Origin: a virus
Virus record (IMG/VR): IMGVR_UViG_3300021422_000208
Span: 716 to 64,715 of that record
Strand: one strand, 5' to 3'
DNA: 64,000 bases
The translations under genes were made by a program, and so were the position numbers. The notes beneath the pieces are model-generated. The model made no database searches, was not told the DNA's origin, and saw only the letters and a program-made list of their open reading frames with translations. The first letter of the stretch is position 1. Each line of letters begins with the position of its first letter. Below are positions 47,502-57,463 of the stretch, piece by piece.

Positions 47502-48428
47502 ATGCACAAAGTTTTTTTTATTAATGGCGGAACTGGTCGAGTTGTCAGTGCGTTACCCGCGCTAGAGCTATATGCTACTTATCATGATGATTTTTATATA
47601 GTATGTGAATCAGGTTTAGATTTATTTTTCGGTAATCCACTATTGCAGGACAAAGCTTTTGATGTAAATCACAAGGGATTATTTGAGACAGTAATAAAAC
47701 ATGGTGAAATTATCACCACTGAGCCATATCGCGATTATGATTATTATAATCAACGCTGTAGTATATCACAATCATTCGACAAACAAATTAATAATCACAA
47801 AGAAATCAGAGACTTGCCTCTTCCTAAAATTTATTTAAGCAAAGAGGAAGAATTATACGCAATAGCAACCATAAATATTGCCAAAAAAGATCATGGCAAA
47901 GACCGGACTATTGTCATTCAGCCATATGGTAGGGGTGCTGTCAGTAGTGATCAAACTGATATAATTGCCGATATTGGGTCTAGAAGTTTAGAACAAAAGG
48001 ATTATTTAAAACTTGTTGAAAAATTGCGAGAAGATTATAATGTATTATGCATGAGTGAATTTCCGACTACTGGTGATACATTTGCTATAAATCCTAAGAA
48101 TCTTGATTTGAGAAAGTGGGCAGCAGTTATTGAAATTGCTGATTATTTTATCGGATGTGATAGTGTGGGGCAACATTTTGCTTATGCCTTTGGAACTCCG
48201 GGAACCGTAATATTGGGAAGTACCTATGCGGTAAATGTTACATATCCAAATTACTTTAATATTTGGAAAAAGCCAAATTTTGTTAAACGATATGCGCCTA
48301 TACGAATTAGTGATTTTAACGTATGTATGGCAGATAGATTAAATGATCAAGCACTGTCATTGACTGATGCGGAATTTGAAAATTTGTACACTAATATAAC
48401 GAACGATATTGCGAGGAAACTTAAATGA
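47502..48428 (+). CDS. GT-B glycosyltransferase, GT9 (heptosyltransferase)-like
   Basis: FFINGGTGRVVSALPALE N-terminus; IVIQPYG; AAVIEIADYFIGCDSVGQHFAYA. Confidence 0.7.
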   Translation: MHKVFFINGGTGRVVSALPALELYATYHDDFYIVCESGLDLFFGNPLLQDKAFDVNHKGLFETVIKHGEIITTEPYRDYDYYNQRCSISQSFDKQINNHKEIRDLPLPKIYLSKEEELYAIATINIAKKDHGKDRTIVIQPYGRGAVSSDQTDIIADIGSRSLEQKDYLKLVEKLREDYNVLCMSEFPTTGDTFAINPKNLDLRKWAAVIEIADYFIGCDSVGQHFAYAFGTPGTVILGSTYAVNVTYPNYFNIWKKPNFVKRYAPIRISDFNVCMADRLNDQALSLTDAEFENLYTNITNDIARKLK

Positions 48429-50197
48429 CACAATGGATTGCAGGTATTACACGCGGGCATAACGGGGCTACCTGTTTATTAAAAGATGGTGAAATTGTTT
48501 TTTATATTGAGGAAGAACGGTTATCTAGACGAAAATATGATGGTGGCCCATTGGCTGGTATGTTGAAAATTAAAGAATATACTGATAAACTTGATTATTT
48601 AGTAGTGGCACATACTCAACCATTGGAGCAAGCTGGAAAAATTGACTTTACTGGTGATGACATGTATACTGGGTGGGCAAGAAAATTAGGTCTTATAAGT
48701 CAAAATATTACTGGAACAACTCATCCACAGGTTATTGATTTAGGGCATATTCATCATGAATTGCATGCTGCGTGTGCATTCTACAATAGTGGATTTGAAA
48801 CAGCAGCTTGTTTGATAATAGATGGTGCGGGGACATTTATTCCACTTGGTGATTCTGGTGATACTGGTTGGGAATTGGAAACAATTTTCTCAGCAAAATA
48901 CCCAGCTGAATTTTCAACTAAGTATAAACATATAGGTGTGCGTGGGCCACGGGTAGCTTACGCAAAATATAATGTACCTCATGATAACAGAGGAAAACCT
49001 GAAGACTTGCATGATGTATTATTTTCTGACCATGCTGGTATTACTAAATGTTATGAAGCAATGACTGATTATTGTGGATTTGGCTTTATTGAAGCCGGTA
49101 AGGCAATGGGATTATCTTCATATGGACAACCAAATGATAAAATTCCAGAAATATTCATGGGAGAAGCAGGACGTAACTTAAGTAATCGCAATTTATTTAC
49201 GCCTAATTATCCAAATGGTGCATATATTGATAAAGTTACCTTCCCAGCATTAGATAATGACACACTTGAAGCTAAAATGGATTTGGCATACGCAGTTCAA
49301 CATGAATGTGAAAAACAAATAGTCAAATTAATTTTAGATGCTACTGTGAGAACTGGTGAAAAAAATGTTGTTATTGCTGGGGGATTCGGTCTCAATTGTG
49401 TTGGTAATTATGAGTATTTGGCAAATTTACCGGCTGGTATTAATTTATATATTGAACCAATTTCGCATGATGGTGGTACTTGTATTGGTGCCGCAAAATT
49501 AGTGTATCATGATAGTACCAATGATAATGTCATACGTCCACATAAGCATATCTATTATGGACCCAATTATTTTGAAAAATATGGCAGCTATGCTATTGAT
49601 TTGCTAGATGGTGAATCAAGTATTGATGTTACCGCCATTGATATTGCCAAGCTGTTGAGTGAAGAAAATATCGTATGCATGTACCAAGGTGGTTCTGAAG
49701 CCGGACCTCGTGCCCTGGGAAATCGTAGTATTTTATTTGATCCACGAGTTAAAGATGGTAAAGACATAGTTAATGAAGTTAAACATCGAGAATGGTTTCG
49801 GCCATTTGCTGGTACTATTTTGGAAGAAAATGTTCATGAGTGGTTTGATTTGCGCGGGATGAAAAATACGCCATATATGATGTATGCAGTAAATTGTGTT
49901 GATGGCGTAGCGGAAAGTATCCCAAGTATCATTCACGTTGATGGAACATGCCGGATTCAGACAGTTACCGCAGACCAAAATTCTCACTATTACTCGTTAA
50001 TTACTGAATTTAAAAATATTACTGGGGTGCCAATCTTATTTAATACTAGTTTTAATTTAGGTGGTGAGCCGTTGGTTGAGACAATTGCTGATGCATTGGA
50101 TACATTACGCAGGAGTGAATTGATGTACCTATATCTACCAGAGATTGGTAAATTACTAACTATTCCACGAGTGACCGCTGACGTAGTTGCGCCGTAA
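48425..50197 (+). CDS. O-carbamoyltransferase (NodU/CmcH/TobZ family)
   Basis: EEERLSRRK, HHELHAACAF, IIDGAG, GKAMGLSSYG, AGGFGLNCVGN, DGGTCIGAA, GPRALGNRS, HREWFRPFA, HVDGTCRIQT, LFNTSFN. Confidence 0.92.
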   Translation: MTQWIAGITRGHNGATCLLKDGEIVFYIEEERLSRRKYDGGPLAGMLKIKEYTDKLDYLVVAHTQPLEQAGKIDFTGDDMYTGWARKLGLISQNITGTTHPQVIDLGHIHHELHAACAFYNSGFETAACLIIDGAGTFIPLGDSGDTGWELETIFSAKYPAEFSTKYKHIGVRGPRVAYAKYNVPHDNRGKPEDLHDVLFSDHAGITKCYEAMTDYCGFGFIEAGKAMGLSSYGQPNDKIPEIFMGEAGRNLSNRNLFTPNYPNGAYIDKVTFPALDNDTLEAKMDLAYAVQHECEKQIVKLILDATVRTGEKNVVIAGGFGLNCVGNYEYLANLPAGINLYIEPISHDGGTCIGAAKLVYHDSTNDNVIRPHKHIYYGPNYFEKYGSYAIDLLDGESSIDVTAIDIAKLLSEENIVCMYQGGSEAGPRALGNRSILFDPRVKDGKDIVNEVKHREWFRPFAGTILEENVHEWFDLRGMKNTPYMMYAVNCVDGVAESIPSIIHVDGTCRIQTVTADQNSHYYSLITEFKNITGVPILFNTSFNLGGEPLVETIADALDTLRRSELMYLYLPEIGKLLTIPRVTADVVAP

Positions 50198-50199
50198 CG

Positions 50200-50946
50200 A
50201 TGGGTGTTAAATGGCTCAGTAGTGAAAGACCTAATACTAAGTTTGCACCTAATTTACAAGCGCCATTTTACATTGCCGCTGATGGGAATGATGAATTAAT
50301 TGGTGAACTTGTAACTGAGATATTAGAGTTAGAAGAACAGATAACAAATGAAACATTGGTATCAGAAGTTCCTCGAAGTGTGTTGGACCCATATCCATAT
50401 ACGCAGCATTGGAAACAGCATAGCATATTTTGGGATAAATCGGTACTTGATGGTGAACATTTGGTTAGGTTTGCTATGACATCCACTATGGAAAAATTAT
50501 TTCACATAATACGAAAACAATATTTAATATTTCTTAAAGAAATGAATTACCCAAGAGTAAAAATATACATACATGGTTGGGCAAATGTGTTGCGAAATAG
50601 TCAATGGATATCACAACATTATCATCAAAATAGTGCAGATGCGTATCTTAGTGGGACATATTATTTAACAACGGTCGATACTCATTTAAAATTAATCAAC
50701 CCACTTAAGCTTGATTTCGCTGATATGATACCAACAAAAAAAGGAACAATTGTGATGTTTCCAAGTTATGTTCCACACGAAAGTTCTGTGTATAATGGCA
50801 CAGCTTTGCGAATTAGCATTGCGTTTGATTTGGTAACTAGTGCGTTTGCCAAGACAAATCCGTGGCGTCCTTATTGCTTATTTGATGATCCAGCTACTAT
50901 GGATGGTTTGGATATGTATCTTACTAATCGGTCATTGACTAATTGA
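50200..50946 (+). CDS. Putative 2OG-Fe(II) oxygenase
   Basis: WANVL..QHYHQ..LSGTYYL ... VMFPSYVPHE..RISIAFD (HxH...H...R pattern). Confidence 0.7.
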   Translation: MGVKWLSSERPNTKFAPNLQAPFYIAADGNDELIGELVTEILELEEQITNETLVSEVPRSVLDPYPYTQHWKQHSIFWDKSVLDGEHLVRFAMTSTMEKLFHIIRKQYLIFLKEMNYPRVKIYIHGWANVLRNSQWISQHYHQNSADAYLSGTYYLTTVDTHLKLINPLKLDFADMIPTKKGTIVMFPSYVPHESSVYNGTALRISIAFDLVTSAFAKTNPWRPYCLFDDPATMDGLDMYLTNRSLTN

Positions 50947-50949
50947 TTG

Positions 50950-50972
50950 AAAAGGGGCATTGCGCCCCTTTT
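50950..50972. terminator. Bidirectional intrinsic terminator
   Basis: AAAAGGGGC attgc GCCCCTTTT, between convergent genes. Confidence 0.85.
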
Positions 50973-50978
50973 TTGTAA

Positions 50979-51512
50979 TTATTGTTGTTGGTCAATCCAA
51001 TCTAATATTGAATTATATGATTGCCATTTAACATGCGGCTTGCCAATATAAACAGGGGTTGCTTGTACTTCACTGGCTGCTAACAAATCATCATCATTAT
51101 CTGAAAGTACATCTATGTTATCCCATACGAGGTTGGTGTTTTCAGATACTCGATGAAACATGCCTGGGTTAGGTACCACGAATGGATCAGTCTTTTCATA
51201 TCCGGGTGACCAATACATACCAGATATTGATACGCCTTGTTGTGAAATATATCCCTCAACTGCTTCAATGAATTTTTTTAACTCATCAAAGCTTGCTGGT
51301 TGTTTTTTAAATTGGTTAATAAACAATACCACTGATATATTTTTTTCTATTAATTTTTTAAAAAATTCAGTGCTATTATCAAAAAATGTTAGTTGTTCAT
51401 TTTTTATACTAGAATTAGTGGGATCTATCAGTAATCCGTATGGAAACAATCCAATAATTTTTTTTGGTACAATGGCATTTTTTATTTTTAGTACGTAACT
51501 GTATCTATTCAT
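50979..51512 (-). CDS. GmhB/HisB-like HAD-fold protein with a degenerate motif I
   Basis: VVLFINQ, MYWSPG..PFVVPNPGMF and DDDLLAA resemble GmhB; the DxD motif is missing. Confidence 0.55.
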   Translation of the reverse strand: MNRYSYVLKIKNAIVPKKIIGLFPYGLLIDPTNSSIKNEQLTFFDNSTEFFKKLIEKNISVVLFINQFKKQPASFDELKKFIEAVEGYISQQGVSISGMYWSPGYEKTDPFVVPNPGMFHRVSENTNLVWDNIDVLSDNDDDLLAASEVQATPVYIGKPHVKWQSYNSILDWIDQQQ

Positions 51513-51835
51513 GATAGGTAATCTGTTTTTTCAACAATAAAACCAGCTAATTTTTGTAATTCAGTTGGTGATGCTTCGGAGCGTTTGCCAGTAAGTGGAT
51601 TTAATAATAGTACAATTTCAGCATTAGTCAAAGTTTCATGAAGATTTTCAGTCAATTTTTGATTGACATAGTCAATTTGCTGCTGTTCATGTACACTATA
51701 TGCTATTTTTGAATCAGGCCAGTTAAAGTCGTCATCATAAATTTCGTTAGCAATTCCATCTTCATTCATTACCATGATGTATGCTTCTTCTTTAAAATCA
51801 TTTGTGTATTTGAATGTTAAATTAATTCCCCTCAT
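51509..51835 (-). CDS. Hypothetical protein
   Basis: TAAATA at 51868-51863 and an AGGA RBS; overlaps the next start. Confidence 0.6.
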   Translation of the reverse strand: MRGINLTFKYTNDFKEEAYIMVMNEDGIANEIYDDDFNWPDSKIAYSVHEQQQIDYVNQKLTENLHETLTNAEIVLLLNPLTGKRSEASPTELQKLAGFIVEKTDYLS

Positions 51836-51894
51836 TATTTAATTCCTTATTGTGGTATTGAATATTTAGTTGATGCGTCGTACTGCTGGTATTT

Positions 51895-52344
51895 TTAAAG
51901 ACACTCAATTATATCAATGATTGTTTGTATTTTTGTTTGGATAATTCTATTGCGTAAGCTGAGTTCTAATCCACGGTGTACTGGTTTTGGTAATGCTGCT
52001 AGATTGAACCACCCCCAGGCAAAATGTTCTTCACTCAGTATTGGCATAAATTCATGTTCTAGTATACAAAAATATGTATGAAAATTGAATATACTGTCAT
52101 TTGAAACAAACTTCTCCAACGGAAGGGTTTTTGAAATGTCGGGTAAAAATCCAATTTCTTCTTCGATTTCTCGTTGTAATCCCTGCCAAGGATTTTCATT
52201 GATCAAATTCGTGCCACCGACAAGTCCCCATCGCCCTTGGTGCTTACCGGTGGCTTTTTGAATCAACAAAATTCTATGTGTATCTTTGGCATATAACAAT
52301 GCTCCACTGCATACTATTGCGTCAGTTATAGTTCTAATCGCCAA
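51895..52344 (-). CDS. NUDIX hydrolase
   Basis: WGLVGG....ENPWQGLQREIEEEIG Nudix box. Confidence 0.85.
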   Translation of the reverse strand: MAIRTITDAIVCSGALLYAKDTHRILLIQKATGKHQGRWGLVGGTNLINENPWQGLQREIEEEIGFLPDISKTLPLEKFVSNDSIFNFHTYFCILEHEFMPILSEEHFAWGWFNLAALPKPVHRGLELSLRNRIIQTKIQTIIDIIECL

Positions 52345-53822
52345 CTACCTTTCATATAAGTGCCCTCAAATGATTTAACCCATGCAATGCCATTCCATAC
52401 ATATTGTACTCCCGTGTACGTATTTGTTTGCCAAATCATGGTGTCGGCCTCTTGCGCAGCGTTAAATATAATGTGCCATGTGATGCCATTCCATTCAATT
52501 ATATCATTGGTATGCGCAATAAGATCAGTGTTGGCTATTGATTTCCATGAGTCTGCGCCATCGGAGTTGGTAATATCACCGATGTCTTCAATTAACAAAT
52601 ATCTAATGCCAATTATAATTGCTTGGTCTATAGCTTCTTTCAATGGTCTTTTTGGATTATACTTAGTTGGGTCAATAATTGCATCAAATGTGCCTGGACT
52701 AGCTGGTCTAACACTAGTTGACAGATTGAAATTAACATCAGTGTCTAGGTTACCATTTGAATCAATGCCAGTATTTGGGATTAGTGAATCAATGTCCCAT
52801 GATGCTAGTAATGTGGTATTATCTAACGCATCAAGTGTCACGGTTCCAGAAATTGATGAACCATTTGGTTGTGTGAGAAATATTCTGCTGGAACCACCCG
52901 CGAATTGACCGGGGTATTGATCTAATAATACTTGCCAATTTAATGGCGGACCTTGCCGTATGCCAATGTGAATTGATGGTTCTCGTGGGATAACACTTTC
53001 GGTTGGATTTATTAAGACTACTTTATTATCATATACCTGAATGTTAAAATTGCTAATTGTAGTAGGTATAACTGCGATAAGGTCGCTAAGTAGCGCATTT
53101 TGACCAGCTGCCGTTGCACCAGCTAGGTCAAGTCCCTCGATGTATGTTGAGCTATTGTCAAAGGTACTAAACACGTTGGCGATTATGTTAGTGATAACAC
53201 CTAAATGTTTAAGTTTAGCTGGTGGACTAATCCATATTGGTGTGCCTAATGTCAGTGTGCCTATGTCAATTGGTGTGTCTACTCCAATTGGTACTTGTTT
53301 ACTACTCCAAGTAATGTCATTTAACGCCAGTATTGTCAAACTAGTCCAATCGATATAGTTGTCATTTGTTTGTAATTCTAGATTGGGGTTAAATAATACT
53401 AAAATTTGTTCTAATAATTGTAATTTTTGGTCAGTATTGGCAGTCCATATATCAACCTTCATTGATAACTTAAATGGGGTAGGCATTAGACGTTCTACTG
53501 TGTAATTTCTACCTTGAGTATTATTGTAACTAGTGTCATCAACACCGCGTTCCCTGATATGAACTTTGCTTACGAAAGTGGCATCTGACAATCGTTCACG
53601 ATCAAGTGCCAATCCGGTAATATATACACTTATTCTTGGTACTGAGTTTATTTTATTTTCAGAATTTTGCCTAATTATACTAGCAACTTGTCTATCAGCA
53701 TCACCGTATATCACTGGTACTCGATGCAATGAGCCATCACCATGTTTAACAGTGAAATTACTGAAGACTCGGATTGTTTGTGTTAGATATCTTCTTATTT
53801 GTGAATCGTAAAAATGTTGCAT
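52326..53822 (-). CDS. gp15: Tail terminator / sheath stabiliser (gp15-like) with a C-terminal extension
   Basis: MQHFYDSQIRRYL..VPVIYG, ERLMPTPF..VDIWT..QKLQLLEQILVLFNP; start in a TAATG overlap with gp14. Confidence 0.8.
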   Translation of the reverse strand: MQHFYDSQIRRYLTQTIRVFSNFTVKHGDGSLHRVPVIYGDADRQVASIIRQNSENKINSVPRISVYITGLALDRERLSDATFVSKVHIRERGVDDTSYNNTQGRNYTVERLMPTPFKLSMKVDIWTANTDQKLQLLEQILVLFNPNLELQTNDNYIDWTSLTILALNDITWSSKQVPIGVDTPIDIGTLTLGTPIWISPPAKLKHLGVITNIIANVFSTFDNSSTYIEGLDLAGATAAGQNALLSDLIAVIPTTISNFNIQVYDNKVVLINPTESVIPREPSIHIGIRQGPPLNWQVLLDQYPGQFAGGSSRIFLTQPNGSSISGTVTLDALDNTTLLASWDIDSLIPNTGIDSNGNLDTDVNFNLSTSVRPASPGTFDAIIDPTKYNPKRPLKEAIDQAIIIGIRYLLIEDIGDITNSDGADSWKSIANTDLIAHTNDIIEWNGITWHIIFNAAQEADTMIWQTNTYTGVQYVWNGIAWVKSFEGTYMKGSWRLEL

Positions 53823-55207
53823 TATAAATCTGCCTGTGGTTTTAATATTTTTGATAAACTTTGACGTTGCATTTCGCGATGGTTGTAAAACGTAATCGTC
53901 CATTGACCATTTTCCGGGATAGTTTGTTCATCCGGTAAATTAATTTTAAGTTTATTCGTGTTGTAAATCTCGATTATATTATCATAATCGGAAATGACAT
54001 AATCAAGCACCATTGGGCCTAATTTCAACACAATATATAATGCATCCACTACGATCATATTTGTTTCAATAATTGAATCTCCCTTAGTTAGGAAGATTAA
54101 ATCGCTGCCCATTGCTTCAACGTATGTAAAATTGGTATTATTGATAAAGCCTGTTTTAAGAGTATCTCTAGTATCAGTGTTGGTCATAGTTGTCCTAGTG
54201 ACATCTTCTACATTAACCCAGCTAATGTCATCAAACCTGAATAATCTATTTGGTATAAAATCAGTTCGTAAAAAGAAATCATCCTTTCCAGCTGACATGG
54301 GAAATTGTATTCCATGACCAAAATCATAACCATTGTCTGGAAAACCATCTCCCAATAGATATCCAGTATAACCGGATCTAACAGGTCTTCCGTTGTTTTC
54401 ACTGGCATGGTATGAAGCATTGCTAGCATCAAGTGTTGTCATATCTGTTGTATTGATAACTGGTAATCCGGTTAGTGGATCTACTGCTAATGTGTAAAAT
54501 TGTCTAGTTTCGTAACCGCTTTTGGGTGCCTCAGCTTCGGCTTGGTTCAAAATAGCATCATTAATTTCTAATTCTTTATTTCTAGTGCTTAGCAATTCAC
54601 GTAATGTTACGTCGGTTGCTTCTCCAGCTGGTTGATCAAGGATATCGGAAAATTGTTGACTATCCGTTACTTTTTTAATTTTTAATCTATATAAATGTGG
54701 ATACCAAGTAGCAGAAAAACCTTCACTTGCTCTACCTACATCTTCTATGACATAATATCTAGGCAAACTTATGTCAAAATCATTAAGCGCAAAATCATCT
54801 TTTAGGTGAGGTAGTTCTATAACATCACCGCTTATTGGTTTTCTGCCTATATATGTGATAAAATCATTGATATGAACTGACATGTATAATGTATCATTAT
54901 CTATAAATAGTCCAAACTGACTTAAGTTAAAATCAACATTTTGTACATTATAAATTCCGCGAATCTTATATATTTCTTGATCATATTTTCTATCACGGTT
55001 TTCTAAAAATAGTAAATCTTGGATGTTTGTTTCCCTGACCGCATCGTATACCGGTTGGTCGGCAGTGCCATCTGTCATTAATTTTGGTCCTAGAAATTTA
55101 TGAATGTATACATCAGTTCCGCCAACTTGAAACATTCTAGATATGTTTCTGTCAATAAATCGATAATTGTTTCCTTTCTCTGGCTGGTATAGACTTAATC
55201 TGGGCAT
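53822..55207 (-). CDS. gp14: Neck protein (gp14-like)
   Basis: DFNLSQFGLFIDND, GDVIELPHL, WYPHLYRLK; directly upstream of gp15. Confidence 0.75.
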   Translation of the reverse strand: MPRLSLYQPEKGNNYRFIDRNISRMFQVGGTDVYIHKFLGPKLMTDGTADQPVYDAVRETNIQDLLFLENRDRKYDQEIYKIRGIYNVQNVDFNLSQFGLFIDNDTLYMSVHINDFITYIGRKPISGDVIELPHLKDDFALNDFDISLPRYYVIEDVGRASEGFSATWYPHLYRLKIKKVTDSQQFSDILDQPAGEATDVTLRELLSTRNKELEINDAILNQAEAEAPKSGYETRQFYTLAVDPLTGLPVINTTDMTTLDASNASYHASENNGRPVRSGYTGYLLGDGFPDNGYDFGHGIQFPMSAGKDDFFLRTDFIPNRLFRFDDISWVNVEDVTRTTMTNTDTRDTLKTGFINNTNFTYVEAMGSDLIFLTKGDSIIETNMIVVDALYIVLKLGPMVLDYVISDYDNIIEIYNTNKLKINLPDEQTIPENGQWTITFYNHREMQRQSLSKILKPQADL

Positions 55208-55797
55208 TTGTTAATTCCTGTAGTGTTATGATATTTATCAATTTTTTGCTTACATTTATTAAAATGATATCGTGTCATGTTGCTACCTTTGCCAGCTATC
55301 TCGCAGAATGGACATGTTATTGTTGCATAGACTCTTTCTTTGGCCGCCTTATACATCCTTAACTTAGTTTCTGCTGATTTAGGTTTAGACATTTTAGCTT
55401 TGGTTTTTGCTGATATGTTTGGTTGTGCAGCAGACATTCTTGCACGGGATTCTGCTGATGGTATAATTCCGGGACTTCCTTTTATTCCACGATCAGCTAA
55501 TCCATTTTCTAATATTAAATTAGCCCATTCAGTGGAATCAACTATATTATTTTCTTTTGAAAAAAGTTAAGGCGTGTTAAGTTATTAATTTTTTATCGGT
55601 ATATGGTTCAGATAACCAAATAGTTTCCACAAACACTATTCCGTGCTTATTGATATGTTTTTTCCAATATGTTCCTGGAACCTTTGTATTTGATAGGATC
55701 TTTTGATTTAGTCTTGTCGAAGTATTTTAGTTTTATAACTGCGTGTTGTTTTATATAAAACTATGTTGGGGGTAGTGGTATTATCATAAATATTCAT
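55195..55797 (-). pseudogene. Frameshifted GIY-YIG (Seg-like) homing endonuclease with NUMOD3-like repeats and a CxxC tail
   Basis: Across three frames: YIKQH..KYF.KTKSKDPIKYKGS / GTYWKKHINKHG / ENNIVDS.EWANLILENG..SAESRARMS..TCPFC..RYHFNKCK, with several stops. Confidence 0.8.
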
Positions 55798-55819
55798 AGC
55801 GTATTCCATATACGCTAGT

Positions 55820-55860
55820 GTAGATGGGAATTACAGTTCCGTGAACTACATTCTTATTTA
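55820..55860 (-). promoter_or_regulatory. Late promoter plus hairpin leader of the endonuclease gene
   Basis: TAAATAAGAATGTAGTTCACGGAACTGTAATTCCCATCTAC; matches the element at 63359. Confidence 0.7.
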
Positions 55861-55890
55861 TCAGATAAATATAGTTGGAGAACTAATAAT

Positions 55891-56661
55891 ATGTCTGAAA
55901 GCACATCACTGATAGAACGAAATAAAGTATTTGAATATGTAAGAGCTATGTTGGGCGACGGTATGATTTCAATCGATTTAGATCCAATACATTATGAAAC
56001 CGCATTAGACAGGGCATTGACTCGGTATCGGCAACGTAGCTCAAATGCAGTTGAGGAAAGTTATTGTTTTATAGAATTGACACAAGACCAGAATGAATAT
56101 CGATTACCTGATGAAATCATTGAGGTCCAGAGTATATTTCGTCGCTCAATTGGTTCACGATCTGGAATGGGTGCCGGTGGTACATTGTTTGAACCATTTA
56201 ACTTGGCATATACCAATACTTACCTGATGAGTGGTAGTATGATGGGTGGATTGGCAACTTATGAAATGTTTGCCGGGTATCAAAAATTAGTTGGTCGGAT
56301 GTTTGGTAGTTATATCGAATTTAAATGGAAACCACAAAGTCACATCCTTACTATTCTCCAACGTCCATTTGCTCAAGGTGAACAAATATTACTAAAAACG
56401 CATAATTATCGTCCAGATTTTGTGTTACTTACTGACATATATGCCAAGCAATGGTTGCGTGATTATACATTGGCGACATGTAAAATTATGCTCGGTGAAG
56501 CTAGAAGTTTATTTGCTAGTATCGCTGGTCCGACTGGTGGTGGCATTACCCTAAATGGTGCTGAGATGAAAACTTCTGGTAAGGAAGATTTATTGGCACT
56601 CGATAAAGAATTGGAATCATATGTCTCGGGCGGAACGCCTGTGTCATTTATTATTGGTTGA
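55891..56661 (+). CDS. gp13: Neck protein (gp13-like)
   Basis: LGDGMISIDLDP.HYE.A; KQWLRDYTLA..K..LGEAR; ITLNG; ends SFIIG. Confidence 0.85.
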   Translation: MSESTSLIERNKVFEYVRAMLGDGMISIDLDPIHYETALDRALTRYRQRSSNAVEESYCFIELTQDQNEYRLPDEIIEVQSIFRRSIGSRSGMGAGGTLFEPFNLAYTNTYLMSGSMMGGLATYEMFAGYQKLVGRMFGSYIEFKWKPQSHILTILQRPFAQGEQILLKTHNYRPDFVLLTDIYAKQWLRDYTLATCKIMLGEARSLFASIAGPTGGGITLNGAEMKTSGKEDLLALDKELESYVSGGTPVSFIIG

Positions 56662-56685
56662 CAATTTTTTGAAATAGTGTATAAT
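56658..56685 (+). promoter_or_regulatory. Sigma70 promoter for dNMP kinase
   Basis: TTGACA-16-TATAAT overlapping the gp13 stop. Confidence 0.7.
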
Positions 56686-56710
56686 AACAATTTTAATTTA
56701 TGGTGTTATT

Positions 56711-57355
56711 ATGACAAATAAAAAATGTATTATTGGAGTAGTGGGTTTGATAGGTTCTGGTAAAGATACCGTGGCTGATTATCTTGCAAATTTTCATAAT
56801 TTTAGACGTGAATCATTTGCGTCGAGTTTAAAAGATGCTATTTCTGTTATTTTTGGCTGGGATAGGGTATTATTGGAAGGCCGGACTAAACAATCTCGTG
56901 AATGGCGAGAACAGATCGATGGTTGGTGGTCGGAAAGATTACAAATGCCAAATTTAACACCTCGGTGGATCTTGCAATATTGGGGCACTGATGTATGTCG
57001 TAAATCATTTCATGATGATATATGGATTGCCAGTCTAGGGCATAAGTTATCAACCAGCGCAGATAATATAGTTATTTCTGATTGTAGATTCCCAAATGAA
57101 TTTAAGGCTATTCATGAAGCCGGTGGCATATTGATTAAGGTGGTGCGCGGTGACGCCCCTGTCTGGGTTAATGATGCTATTATTGCCACTAGTTCATTAT
57201 CTGCCGATGAAGTCATTGCTGCTACTACACGGCTGTCTGAACTTGGTATACATCATAGTGAATGGGCGTGGGTAGGATTGACTGTTGATACTGTGATATA
57301 TAATAATGGGACAATTGATGATTTGTATAACCAAGTAGCTACTATAGTTGGTTAA
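56711..57355 (+). CDS. Deoxynucleoside monophosphate kinase (T4 gp1-like)
   Basis: GVVGLIGSGKDTVA P-loop; SFA..LKD; PRWILQYWGTD; ISDCRFPNE; HHSEW. Confidence 0.9.
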   Translation: MTNKKCIIGVVGLIGSGKDTVADYLANFHNFRRESFASSLKDAISVIFGWDRVLLEGRTKQSREWREQIDGWWSERLQMPNLTPRWILQYWGTDVCRKSFHDDIWIASLGHKLSTSADNIVISDCRFPNEFKAIHEAGGILIKVVRGDAPVWVNDAIIATSSLSADEVIAATTRLSELGIHHSEWAWVGLTVDTVIYNNGTIDDLYNQVATIVG

Positions 57356-57463
57356 TAAGTTCACTTGATATGCGTAAAATTCATGACTTACTGGCAGTAA
57401 CGTGAGTTAAATGGGTCAAAAATTATAAATACAATCAGAACTTGTATTTTAGGAGATTATAAT

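Noticed and set aside
55340-55570. 76-aa plus-strand ORF
   Set aside because: It is the antisense shadow of the GIY-YIG/NUMOD3 remnant.
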